A DNA stretch of 63,945 bases, filler included, from Thelocarpon superellum (lineage: Eukaryota), in assembly GCA_026025795.1 (NCBI GenBank). It is 4 parts of 4 records of this genome, joined end to end, with 100 filler letters (N's around TTAATTAATTAA, not from the genome) between each part and the next. Parts side by side here need not be neighbours in the genome. Positions count along the whole stretch, not along the records: positions 16,485 to 32,832 come from JAPEUG010000393.1; positions 32,933 to 49,236 come from JAPEUG010000394.1; 2 more parts are not named here. One strand, 5' to 3'. Shown piece by piece: positions 24,036-36,300 of the stretch. The stretch's first letter is position 1. Every line of letters begins with the position of its first letter. A model generated the notes under the pieces. The model was not told the origin of the DNA. It made no database searches and saw only the letters and a program-made list of their open reading frames with translations. Made by a program: the position numbers and the translations under genes.

Positions 24036-25683
24036 ATGATGGGACCCCAGCTGCCGGTCGGTTTGACCGCCCTTCTCTGGAGCGGGGTGGCGCTCGTCGT
24101 CTACATGGTCATCTCCAAGATCCTCGCCCAGCGACAATATGCCGCCGAAGCGGCTCGACGAGGGGCGAAACCCGCGCTCGTGTACCCCTCTATCCTCCCC
24201 CTCGGCTTCGACCACATCTACAATTCGCTCAAAGCCGACAGAGAGCAGCGTTTCGCCCCTTTCGTCCAAGAGCGTTTCGAGGAGATGAATGTCACGACGC
24301 TCCGCTACTATGTGCTGGGCGAGGAGATCTATCAGACCATCGACCCCAAGAACCTCCAAGCCATGCTTGCCACGCAGTTCAACGACTTCGCCCTCGGTCC
24401 CGAACGGCGGAACAACTTCTTCCCCATGCTGGGCTCGGGCATCTTCACCCTCGACGGCCGCGGCTGGGAGCATTCGCGGGCCATGATCCGGCCGCAGTTT
24501 GCCCGCGACCAGATTTCTGATCTGGAGCTGGAGGAGCGGCACGTGCAGAACATGCTCCTCGCCTTGCCTGCTGACAAGGACGGCCTAATCGACGTCGACC
24601 TGCAACCGCTGTTCTTCCGCCTGACCCTGGACACGGCGACCGAGTTCCTCTTCGGCAAGTCGTGTGACTCGCAGCTGCACGGCCTGCCCGACCACGACGC
24701 CACCGAGAATCCCAACGACGACGGCAACATCTTCGCCACGGCCTTTGACAAAGGCCAAAGCTGGCTGGCCATGCGCTCCCGCTTCCAGTCGCTCTACTGG
24801 GCCGTCGACACCCGCGACTTTCGCCAAGCCTGCAAGCAGACGCAGGCCTTTGCCGACCAGTTCGTCCGCCGGGCGCTCAGCAAGGACCGCGACGAGAAGG
24901 AGCTGGAAAAGGGCGGCAAGGAGAAGTACGTCTTCCTCGACGCCCTGGCGGCGCAGACGCAGGACCCCGTCGAGCTGCGGTCGCAGCTCCTCAACATCCT
25001 CCTGGGCGGACGCGACACGACGGCGTCATTGCTCGGATGGCTCTTCTACAGCCTGGCACGGAAGCCGGAGATCTTCCAAAAGCTGCGCAACATCATCCTC
25101 GACGAGTTCGGCACGTACGACGATCCGCATGAGATCACGTTTGCGCGGCTCAAGTCGTGCCAATACCTGCAGTTCTGCAACAACGAGACCCTCCGGCTCT
25201 ACCCCGTCGTGCCGGTCAACACGCGCCAAGCGGTGCGCAACACCACGCTGCCCCGCGGCGGCGGTCCAGACGGCATGTCGCCCATCTTCGTCAAGAAGGA
25301 CCAGCACGTCCAATACACCGTGCACGCCATGCACCGCCGCAAGGAAGAATGGGGCGACGACGCCAATGAATATGTCCCAGAGCGGTGGGAGAATAAGCGC
25401 GTGGGGTGGGAATACCTTCCGTTCAACGGGGGACCGCGCATCTGTCCAGGCCGTGGGTGACCATTTCCTCTAGCCTGTCCCTCAGGTCCCTGCTAACGGG
25501 ACGGATGACAACATAGAACAATTCGCACTCACCGAGTCGTCGTATGTCACGGTCCGCCTGATGCAGCGATACGACCGCATTGAGAACCGCGACCCGGAGC
25601 CGATGGCGAAGCATAACCTCACCCTGACTAATTGCAGTGGTACGGGCACCAAGGTTCGTCTTCACGAGGCGACCCATATCTAG
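24036..25683 (+). CDS. Cytochrome P450, CYP52 family/clan (alkane / fatty-acid hydroxylase type)
   Basis: N-terminal TM anchor, TIDPKNLQAMLATQF, GIFTLDG, LLGGRDTTA (I helix), ETLRLYP, PERW, heme motif FNGGPRICPG|QQFAL. Intron 25453-25516. Confidence 0.95.
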
Positions 25684-25881
25684 TATGGACGTGAACGAAG
25701 GGTGGAGGTGGAAGGAGTCATGTGGACGACGACCGAAAAGCAAGGGTGGAGTGAGACGGCGGAGGCAGCGATTCGTATCTTGACGAGCATGACGATTCGA
25801 ACAAAGCAGGGAAGATGGGGGGAGCAGGAGGAGGTGATTACGCCAACTATATCTCTATATCTACATGTATCTAAACTCCAT

Positions 25882-27016
25882 CTAGTTTCCCGTCAATCGC
25901 GCATACAAATCAGGCGCACAGCACGAGATGTGCACATCGGTCTCATTACAGCGACAGGGGGGGAAAGGAAGGGTGGTGTTGCATGCCGTTCCGTTGCCTG
26001 TACCGGTGCCGGTGCTGTGCCCGTCCCTCTTCCAGTTCTCGCTCTCGGTGGAGTTATCCTGATTATTCCCGCCGCCGTCGCCGTAGTAGTCGTCGTGGCC
26101 GTCCCGCGGGACCAGATCGACATTCACCTCCGACCCGGCTGCTTGGTTCAGCGGCGCAACCATCAACGGACTCCTCGTCTCGATCCTCGACTTGGTCCGG
26201 TCCTCGTCGTCTGCTTCTTCGTTTCCCACTATCATCAGCGGCGCGCGAGAAATCATTCGACCCGACGCATCGCTCAGCGCCTGAGGCTGATGCACGGCGA
26301 CGCGAACGATGGTGCAGATGCCCGCGTACGTTCCCACTGCCACGGCGAGCGCGGCGTACGTGCACGCAAACTCCAGCCGGGAGCTCGGGCGCGAGCCCTT
26401 CCCCGCTGCCGCCGCCGCCGCCACACCTGCTTCCTTGCACCCACCGCAGTCCGTGGGCCCGTAACATGAGTCCCCGCAGTATCCGCGCACGCAGGAGCAA
26501 TGGCGCACGCAGAGGCGTTCGAGCTCGCGCGTGTGCGTGCCCTGTGTCGCGGGCGAGTCGACCGGCCAGGGGTACGGCCGCGTTCGGCAGTCCAGGCCGA
26601 CGTTCGACGTCGCCGCGCCCCCGTTGATGCCTGCCGTTGCGCATAGGCGGGTCCAGTTCGTGATGCCGAGTTTGGAGAGCACGAAGGCGTTGAGGTTTGC
26701 GTTGGCTGCGTGGATGGCGTCGTACTGTGCGTTTTTCCAATTAGTGGGGGTGAGACAACAGGAATGGTGGAACGAGGGGGAACAGGTGGCGAATCACGTC
26801 AAAGGGCTCGTCGTCGTAGCAGATCATGTTGGGGCTTTCGGTGATGATCTCGCTCTTGGACAGGATCTCGGCCATTTTGAGATCCTTGGGCTCAGAATTC
26901 GGGCACGTGTTGGCTTCTGCGTTGGCCGCGACGAAGGGAGAGGACGGAGTCCAACTTGACATGATCGCCAAAGATACGAGTATCCAAAGAGGAAAATGAC
27001 CTCGTGGAACGGCCAT
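25882..27016 (-). CDS. Hypothetical secreted cysteine-rich protein (353 aa, 18 Cys)
   Basis: Exon 27016-26798 (signal-peptide-like FPLWILVSLAIM). Intron 26797-26725 (GTGATT...CTAAT...CAG). Exon 26724-25882 continues in frame. No family recognised. Confidence 0.7.
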
Positions 27017-27663
27017 CTTGATGACGGACTGGACTCAACCAACGGCCGTGCTATGACGAAGGAGAGAAGAGAAGAAGGAATTGGGAGGGGGAGAAATACT
27101 TCTCCCGCACGCAACAATCATCGGTCTGGTATGGTGCAACATGAGCAATCATTTCCCTTGTCAAGCCCGGGTTGTGCATTCAGCCACGATGAATCAAAGC
27201 TCACTACCGTTGCCTTTTAGTAGTTAGATGCATCTCTTAATGCCGCATCCTTCACCATCCTGCAACGCGGGACAAGCGCGTGCGAGTCTGGGGGTCTCCG
27301 TACCAAGGTTGAAACTTTAGGGTGTCGGTAGCACGTGGGGTGCTTCAGAGCCGCAGCGGGGTTGAAGTGATGGGGGAGGGATGTGAGGCGCTCTGGTAGT
27401 ACATGTTTGGCCAGATGGGTGGGGGTCTCCAGGATGAACATCAGTCAGGTGGACGTCGTACGAGCGCCAGAACAACCGGGAGTGCTCCCGTCTCGCTTGA
27501 TGTTGGGTCGCGCTCATCATGGGCATTAGCACGTGGACCAAGCATAATCAACTGCGTCAACTGCATCAATCAAGCACAAGGTGCATCTTCGTTCATTTAC
27601 CCTACCAATAGGTGGCCGTGAGCAATAGAAGGCCACGCGCGTATGTTTCAGTTTCTCGGAAAG

Positions 27664-29759
27664 TTACGCAGCAGCACCACCCCCTCGAGCCATCTTCTTC
27701 GCATGCTGATCTCGTCGATTGTGATTCGCTCTCCCTCCTCCTCTTCCCCTTTCCCTTCCTCTCCCCAAACCTCTCCCTCTCTCACTTCCTCCACCTCGTG
27801 CTTGTCCGCTTCCGCCTCCCCTCCCTCTTCCTCTTATAGGTCCCTGATCCCCGCCTCCACCACTTCCATCCGCACCATGCCCTTCCCCCTCGTCACCTCC
27901 CCCATCATCTCCTCTCCAAGCTGTTGGGGCCAACGCCCGCTGCTGGAAACCCGCATGACTCAACGGACCCTCGAACCGGTCTTTCAACCTCCTCAACCGA
28001 CGTGGATCGCGTTCGATCATGACCGCCCATCCTTCAATCGCTTCGTCCGTAAGACCCGTTGCGGTCCGTAAGGCGCGTCGCGCTTCACCTCTTCGTATGT
28101 CGGCTGTTCGCGCAAATATGGTCGTGTCTCTGCTGTACGCTTGGAAGAGTACGACGTCCGCGTCTGTCCTGGGGTTGTGGCCGGCGCTGTTGCCGCCTGT
28201 TTCGTTGTGCACGCGAGGCCCCGTCACGTCGCTGTCGATGCTACTTCCCACCACCCCGCCGTCGTCTTCCGCATCATACGTGTCATCATGTTCGTCATCA
28301 TCGCTGTCAAAGGCGGCCAGCGCCGAGAGAATGGCCGCCTTGCCTGGCGCCGTGCTTCGGTCTTGGAGAAGGGCGTCGGCCGTCAGGTCGCCATCTTTTC
28401 GGCCAAACTGCAGCCGAGATAGCGGTACGGAGAGCGTGGAGAGCTCGTCGTTGTCGTGGATGTTGCGCCGGGTGGTAGGGAGTGATGGTGGCGGTGAAGG
28501 CGTGCTGCGTGGTATGAAGTGTGCGTGGTGAGGCTTAGGCGTGCTGGACAAATCAGTGAGATCGTAGAGAAGATGAACGTAACTCACAGCTCCTTGGAAT
28601 GATCAGCCTGCTTGAGGTGCGGTGGAAGAGAGTCCTCCAATAAATGTCCAATGACCTGCTCAACATTTTCTCCATACTCATCCAGGAGCTTCATCACGAA
28701 TGCCGCCCCAAGATTGGGGAACAAGTCTTGCACCTGACTGATCAGGCTCATGCGATGAACATGGATATGGGCGTACAGGTCGTGTGAAAAGCCATCTTCA
28801 GTAAGATTGCCCACAGCCGGACTCTTTCCCTTCTGGCCTTGCTTCCGGACAGACATTCTCCGTCTCGCGCGCGCGGTCTTTGGAAACCTCTCGAGATAGG
28901 CAAAGAGCGACTTGGCCCTCGCCGCCTCAGCCCCATGGATCCTATCCTGCAGATGCAGGAGAAAGGGAGTGTTCGAGATCAGGTCCGAAAGGAGCGTATC
29001 ATGTTCCGAAGATCCTCTTGATTCGACGACACTCTTCAGGGTGTATAGGTGGTCAAATAACAACGAGAAATTAGGATGATCTCCCTCGGTCAGCGACGTC
29101 AGACCGAGGTAGGTCACGGCCACCACTTTCCGACGCAGAGTCCCCGAAGAGGATGTAAAGGCGGTGGAGAGAGCATCAAGAAAGTCTGAGCCTATCATGA
29201 ACAGCCGGCTTACATCCGGAGACGTGCGGAAAAGGTAGCCCAGTCGAGTCAAATCATCCTCCAAGACCCTGGCTTTCTCCTTCCCTCGCATTTCCAGTCG
29301 CTCGGTGATATCACCCTTCACCTTTGTAAAGGTACCGTCGAGCTGCTGCCGTCGCTGCTGCCACAGATGATGCAACAATCCCTTCAGACTGCTACTCCTG
29401 GCGTAGGTCCCACAGAATGATGTCAAGAAGTCCCATCCAAGGAGTCGAGCAGGAATGGGTTGTACATGCAAGAGACAGCGATGACACAGCAGAAAGACGT
29501 GGCGCCGTAATGTCCTTGCATGCGGGGTATCCAGCCGACCGTCGCTTCCATGTACCCGAGACGCTTCATGAACGTAAGAGCAGAGAAAGGCGATCAGGCC
29601 GGCATCGCGCGTAGCAATGCCCGTGAAGTCATCGTCTGGTCTTTCGAGAAGTAGCTTCGTCAGAATTGACCACGACTCTAAGCATGAGTCCCACTCTTCC
29701 GGCATCATCTGCATCCGGACCTCGGCGGGAGGGAAGGGCGCTATCGGTGGGAGCGCCAT
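27664..29759 (-). CDS. CUE3: CUE-domain protein, Cue3/Rqt3/ASCC2-like (ribosome quality control trigger subunit)
   Basis: ATG 29759 (MALPPIAPFP). CUE motif ISQVQDLFPNLGAAFVMKLL...VIGHLLE. Intron 28587-28544. DDDEHDDTYD, TDEAIEGWAVM, RGG tract, and terminal ANHNRRDQHAKKMARGG. Confidence 0.85.
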
Positions 29760-30139
29760 GCCGAGGGAGTGAGGGTGAGTAACATCGGTGAGCTCAAGGG
29801 TGGGTCCCGGAACTGAGACCCATCTCTCAGTGCCCCGAGGGGACTCCAAATATGAAATAATTTCTGATGGACCGGACGAATGTTGGTGCCCATGTTGACT
29901 TGCATCTGCTGTTGAATGACGCATAGAGGGACGGTTAGGTAATCGGCGTCGCGGGCGCCGACCCTAACGCCGAACGTACGGCGGAGCGCAGGCGCAAAGG
30001 CGCCAAGATTTCCGTCGCGCACAAATAATTCATTCCCGATAGCAACAGTTCCCCACTTCCTCCACCTCCTCCGTCCACAGCCTTTCATCACCTTACCGAA
30101 CCTAGCTGTTCAGGTCTTGATTGGCATTCCACGAACAAA

Positions 30140-30617
30140 ATGTCGTACCAGAAGCCCGAGAAGGATTTTGGGGAAGGTCCCGTACGTTTTTGCGATCCAC
30201 AAAGTCCGAGCAAGTCACTGACGCGGCATCCTTACCTCACAGAAAATCCACAAAATCCGCATCACCCTCACGTCTCGCAAGGTGCAATCACTGGAGAAGG
30301 TGTGCCAGGAGCTGATCGAGCGGGCGAAATCCAAGGATCTCCGTGTCAAGGGACCCGTGCGTCTGCCGACCAAGTGCCTCAAAGTCACGACGCGAAAGAC
30401 GCCGTGTGGTGAGGGCAGTAAGACCTGGGATACGTACGAGATGCGCATCCACAAGCGCTTGATTGAGTGAGTGACCGGATTTCCATGGCACAGAGCGAGG
30501 GACATGCAAGCTAATGTATACAATCCCGCCAGTCTTAATGCCCCTACCGAGGTGGTCAAGCAGATCATCATCAATATCGAAGCGGGCGTCGAGGTGGAGG
30601 TTACAATTGCCGCGTGA
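30140..30617 (+). CDS. RPS20: 40S ribosomal protein S20 (uS10)
   Basis: Three exons, introns about 30182-30242 and 30467-30532. [41 protein letters not shown]. Confidence 0.98.
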
Positions 30618-30839
30618 ACGCCGCGCTTGGCTTGGCTTTTCTTCTCTTGTCTTCATGTAGCGTACAACCTACATGCCAGGGGGCAAGTCCACCCACCCTC
30701 AATGAATGTCAAGATGGGAAACAAGAGAACGCGCGTCAGATCGCCAACGTCGCCAGTTGTCTCTCGGTCGTCCAGGGTCGCTCATCACCGGTGAGTGAAG
30801 CCACGAAGGAGCCCCCGACATGTGTCCACGTGCACGAGC

Positions 30840-32680
30840 TCAAAAGTCCCACCGACACCATTCGCGCCGAGGAGGGAGCAGGGGCATCCAGCCATCCTTG
30901 AAGACGCCGTGATCGCGCACGTACAGATAGGCGTCTTTGGTCTTGTCATCGTAATTCTCCATGGGGAGGTGGGTGTCATTTTCGATGGTGGGAGGTGATC
31001 CGTCGGGAAACCAGATGCGCTCCCACTTCCCGTCGCCGCCTTGATAGCAGGGCTCACCGTCGATGTATTGCACTCGCCGAGACTTCCACGAGAGGAGTCG
31101 ATTGGATGCGTCTCGAGTACTGTAGCCGCTTGGATCCGACCCGCCCTGCTGCGGTGCCGTTCCATTCGGCACCACGGCTGGCTTGGCAAAGATGCCCCCG
31201 CTGCCCGCGTCATTCCCATCGGTGCGGGCAACATTCGCGGGGCCAAAGGGATTCGACGTGGGCGCTTGGGGAGTGGCGAAAGCGTCGCTGCCAGTCGTAG
31301 CCTGGTTCGCCGGTACCGCAAAAGGATTTGGCCGAGTGAGGGGACTTGGCTGGCCAAAGGTGCCCGGCGCTGGTGCTTGGGCCGTGGCCGATGAGGCGGC
31401 GAAAGGATTAGATGGTGGCGCACTCGGTCGACCAAAGACGCCGGCGTGTGGCACGTCCGACGGCTTGCCAAATCCACCTGACGGGGTGAGTGTCGTTGGT
31501 TGTCCGAAGGCACCACTGGCGCCGTGCGCGGCGGAGCCGCCGAAGACGCCCGCTGAAGGGCCTCGCAGCGGCGGCTGGCCAGCGGCAAGGTTTCCTCCCA
31601 ACTGCGATGGCTGACCGAAGCCTGTGGTCGGAGCGCCGAGTTGTGAGGGCTGGCCGAATCCCGTCACTCCGGCGCCAAGCTGCGACGGCTTCCCAAAAGC
31701 TGAGCTACCTCCACCCAGCTGAGACGGCTGGCCGAAGGCCGACGTGGCTGGTGCCTGGGCCGTCGTCTGGCCAAATGCCGTTCCAGGAACATTCAGATTG
31801 GATGGCTTCCCGAATGCACCACTACCCAATGCAAATGCAGGGGGCTGGCCGGAGATGGCCGCGGGGGCATTGCCGCCTTGAACCGACGCGCTTGCTCCGG
31901 CACACACGTCGATTCGATTGGGATGAGTCTTCGCCCCCTCAAGGACATAGTTGATGGCGCCGTCGACGTCGGCGAGAGCCGCCTGGATTTGCTGCTCGGC
32001 TTGACTGACAAGTCGTTGCGCCTGGTCGACGACTTGCTGTACCTGTCCCGCGGATGCCGCATGGTAATGGTGTAGGCGCATCTCTTCGAAGCTTTGTTCT
32101 CGTGACGGCCCGCCAAAGAGCTGAATGGGCGCGTTGCGCCCGGGGCCATATGCTGAAAGAAGCCATTCCGGTCGTTCGGTCAGATCTTCGATGATGGCCT
32201 CACGCCGGAGCTGATAGCTGCCAATGCCGTGAGTCGTGGCAGCTATCCCGGGGCACATCGATCACTTACTTGGCCGATTGGTCTGATATTCCTTCCCCTT
32301 TCACGCTGTTCAGCTGGTGTCTTTTCAACCTCGCACAGAGAAATACGCCTTGCGCCCGACCATGCGACACATGATCAACGAAATTGGCGTCTGAGCATGA
32401 AAGAGCGCAACAAGAGCAATGCAGGAGTTGGTCCAGATGATCATACCTCCACGTCGATGATTCTGTTGGTTCCCACCCGAGGGCTGGAGCGGGGCGAAGC
32501 GGTTCGGGGGGGGAGGCGCTGCTCCTCGCGAGGGATGCTCAAATTTGCAATTATCTGCGAGGGGTAGCCGTGCCCGTGTCAGCAGGCGGTAAGCCCGAGA
32601 GGCGTCGCCATGGCGGCCCAGATGAACGACTGACCTCCAAACTTGCATCGTCCCGCGAGCCAAAACCTGCACACAGCCAT
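30840..32680 (-). CDS. CCCH zinc-finger FG nucleoporin (Nup42/Amo1-like)
   Basis: Spliced N-terminus C-x7-C-x5-C-x3-H (CRFWLAGRCKFG|DNCKFEH), ERPEWLLSAYGP, EQSFEEMR, many FGQPSQLG/FGKPS repeats, and C-terminal MPLLPPRREWC. Confidence 0.88.
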
Positions 32681-32832
32681 GGCTGAATCGTCCGCGGATC
32701 CGTCTGGAACGCGGAACGGAGGACCGAGTGCGCCCTAGCATCCGGATGCTCCGTCGACGTATCACCGGCTAGGTCGTGCAGAGGAGGGTTGTAGATGGAA
32801 AGTGACGATCTGCTCAAACCAAAGGCCTACGA

Positions 32833-32932
32833 NNNNNNNNNNNNNNNNNNNNNNNNNNNNNNNNNNNNNNNNNNNNTTAATTAATTAANNNNNNNNNNNN
32901 NNNNNNNNNNNNNNNNNNNNNNNNNNNNNNNN
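32833..32932. other. Artificial contig linker
   Basis: 44 N + TTAATTAATTAA + 44 N. Confidence 0.98.
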
Positions 32933-33388
32933 CAAGGAGCCAATCTTTGACGTTGCCAATCAGACAGGCGGTACGTCTTGACCCTCCGTCATACATGAAT
33001 CCGATGAAAGTCGAGGATCATCACAGGGATAGGTCTGCTGCCATATCGCAATTCATCAACCTTAGTGGGGTCCATGACATCGGGCTCTTGGACTCTATTG
33101 CTTCTGTCGCGCCCTCGTTCCTCCGACCGTGGTTCTCGACTTACCGACCTTCACCTCCAGCGGTGTTCTGTAACGACCTCGTAATTGCTGATGAGGCACG
33201 TCTCTGTACACGAGGTCACACACTTGCGTGTCAGACTCGACATCGACATGCAGTATGCATTCACCACCTCCGTGAGATCGTTGTCCTGACTGCCAGCACT
33301 CGCAAGATGGTGTCCCGTGACCAGGACGATGCAGCCGTGTGGTAGTACGGACTGACGCCTCTGTTTGTTGCCGTAATTGAGTCGGGTC

Positions 33389-36300
33389 ATGGCGTCTTCC
33401 TCTTCAGCTGCGGCCTCCTCTCTTTCACGCTACAAGCCGGCCATCATCGTCCTTGCCACGCTTGTCACTGCCTACGGCGTCTACGTGGTATGGAGCAGTG
33501 CCCCCGTCGCCAGTGGTGGCTCAGCGTCGCTCCATCGGTCCAACGCCGTGCATCGACGGCTGCGCCGGCCGACGATAGATCCCGACGAGGCTTCTATGCC
33601 CGCACACCACCACCACGATGTGCACCTTGATCGTGCAGGGCCGTGGCCAGATCATCCTGGCCTTCAACCCGTGGCCGAGCCGAGCATGCCGAGCGAATGG
33701 GTCGACGTCAACTATGGGCCGGTTCCATTCGCCATCAACAACCGTTCCTTGACGATCGACCTTCATCTCCCAACCCTTCCGAACTTGGAGCAGCTGCAGT
33801 CGATCTTTAGCATCGCCCCTCCTGATGCCGAGGAAGCCCGAGACTTCCTCGAGCAAGCGTATCTCGATCGATTCTTCGACGCCGAGATGCAAGCCCGACC
33901 CTTCCTCGGCTTCAATGACGGCTGGGCGGGAGAGATTGAACGGATGATGTCCGCCCAAGGCTTTGCCGAGTCGAACATCCGACGCGCCATGCTGCGACAC
34001 GACCAACAAGTCGCCACCGACATGGATCACACCAATCCCGCCGAGGCGCGGATGATCCGTCAACGGCTGCGTGAGCTGCGAGATGATCACGCCATCTCCG
34101 TCCCCGACACCCTCTCCGACACCGATAGCGATATCTCATGGAGAGCCGAGGGAGGCGCGGGCAGCGCCGAAGGGGATCGGGTGATGAAGTTGCTCTTTCA
34201 CATCGCCGAGGATCAAGCGCGCCAGGACGGATACGTCCATCGCGGCATCTCCTGCAGCTCTTGTAACGTCTATCCCCTTCGGGGCACACGCTATCGCTGT
34301 GCCAACTGCGTCGACTTTGATCTGTGCGAGACGTGCGAAGCGCTGCAAGTCCATATCAAGACACATGTCTTCTTCAAGATTCAGATCCCGACGCCCTCCT
34401 TGGCCAATCCGAAGCACTCGCAGCCCGTCTGGTACCCCGGGAGGCCCAGCGGGCTGTCGAAGATACTGCCGCGGCCCTTGAGCAAGACCTTGGAGCAGGA
34501 TACGGGCTTTGAAAAGGCGGAGATTGAGGCGCTATGGGAGCAGTTCAAGGTCACCTCGGCGAGCGAATGGGCCGAGGATCCGCATGAACTGGGCCTCGCG
34601 ATCGATCGCAAGACCTTCAACCGATGTCTAGCCCCGGCCAACACGTCGCGACCGCCGCCACCCAATCTCATCTACGACCGACTCTTTGCCTTTTATGACA
34701 GCAACGGCGACGGGCTGATTGGGTTCGAGGAGTACGTGCACGGGGTGGCCAGCGTGCAGAACAAGGACAAGGAGCAGCGGCTGAAGCGCATCTTCCAAGG
34801 ATACGACAGCGACGGGGATGGCTACGTCAACCGCAAAGACTTCTTGCGCATGTTTCGTGCGTATTACGTCTTGAGCAGGGAGCGAGCCAAGGACCTGGTC
34901 GCCAGCATGGAGGACGACAGCATGGAGACGGTGAACGTGCGAGACATCATCTTTGGCAGCCAACCCATCAGCGCAGCCTTTGCCGGTATCATCCCACCCG
35001 GGGAAGATTCACGATCGGAAGAAGGGAAGCAGACGGATGAGAGAGGGGACCTTCAAGTCGTCGATGGGGGTGGCGTGCTGAACGAGAACGAGTCCGACAC
35101 GATGGATCGACTGGAGATCATCAAGACTGCCGCGGATCGAGTCGCGGCCATAGCGGTCGGCCCCCGTCGTCCGAGTCATACCGAGTCGATGCTCATCGAG
35201 ATGAATGGTTGCGACGATGGATCCGATGACGACGGACACAGTCAGGCCCCGGATCTGGAGAACCGGACCTGGCCACCGCCGTGGGTGACGGACGCAGATG
35301 TGAAGGCCGTCCTTGGGGACACAGCTTCTGATCGGACGCCGGAGCTGGACGAAAAGAAAGCGATTCATGACGTGGCCGCGAAACGGACAGCTGAAGACCT
35401 CCGAGAAGAGAAGAAACAGGAGAAGCAGCAGTGGAAGGAAATGCGGCTGGAGAGGATCAAGGAGCGATGGCGTCGACGGCAATTCTACCTCGACGAAGAA
35501 GAGGAGGCCATCTCACCCGGCGACATTGAAAGATCCACCTCCGAGGTAGTCGGCTCGGCGAACCTCAACGGCAGAATAGGAGACGCCTCCGACAAAGCTA
35601 GCCCGAACCCATCCCATCTCCCATCCCCGCGGTCCCGATCCTCTTCCAAAGTGCGGTTCCAAGACGACGTGGAAGACACCGACTACGACGACGTTCGCTC
35701 CAACCCGTCCACCTCCTCTCGCAGCATCCCCGTCGGCGAGCGATGGGGGGGGTATGAGATCCCGGAGGCGGAACGAGACGCGGGCAAGGAGATTCTCTAC
35801 CAGGTGATCCAGCAGGGATTGAACGAGATGCTGGACCCGCTGTTTTCGAGACGGGAGCAGCTGTCGTTGGAGGTGGTGGAAACGAGGGAGGAGCGACGGC
35901 TGAAGCGCTTATCGCAAGCGACAAAGGAGAACGGGCCGTCCGCTGCTCGATCCACCAGCACGCCCTCTTCACCATCCACGGAGACGAAAGCGACGCGAAG
36001 CCGACGACACAGCGACGCGTTGAGCCGGGGGGAGACAGGGGGTCCATCCACGTCCGCAGACAAGCAACGCACGACGCATCTTGCGCTTTTGGACGCGATT
36101 GAAAAGCAGGACGGCGATCGGGGCGGCCCAGGACGGATCGGATACGAGGAATTCAAGGCTGCGATGGAAGGACGGACTGTTCCTATCTTGCCTCGACTTG
36201 ATGACGACTCCGAGGGTGCAGAAGAGGAGGGGAGAGTAGACGACGAAGGCGACGCACGAGGGCAAGGAGGCGAGGAAGAGCAAGACGGGCGCGGACGACG

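Noticed and set aside
12236..25683. MFS pump + CDF + P450 as a secondary-metabolite or detoxification cluster
   Set aside because: They are on different contigs separated by a linker, and no PKS, NRPS or terpene synthase is present.
31490..31830. Repeated DNA units inside the Nup42-like gene
   Set aside because: Explained by the encoded FGQPSQLG nucleoporin repeats.
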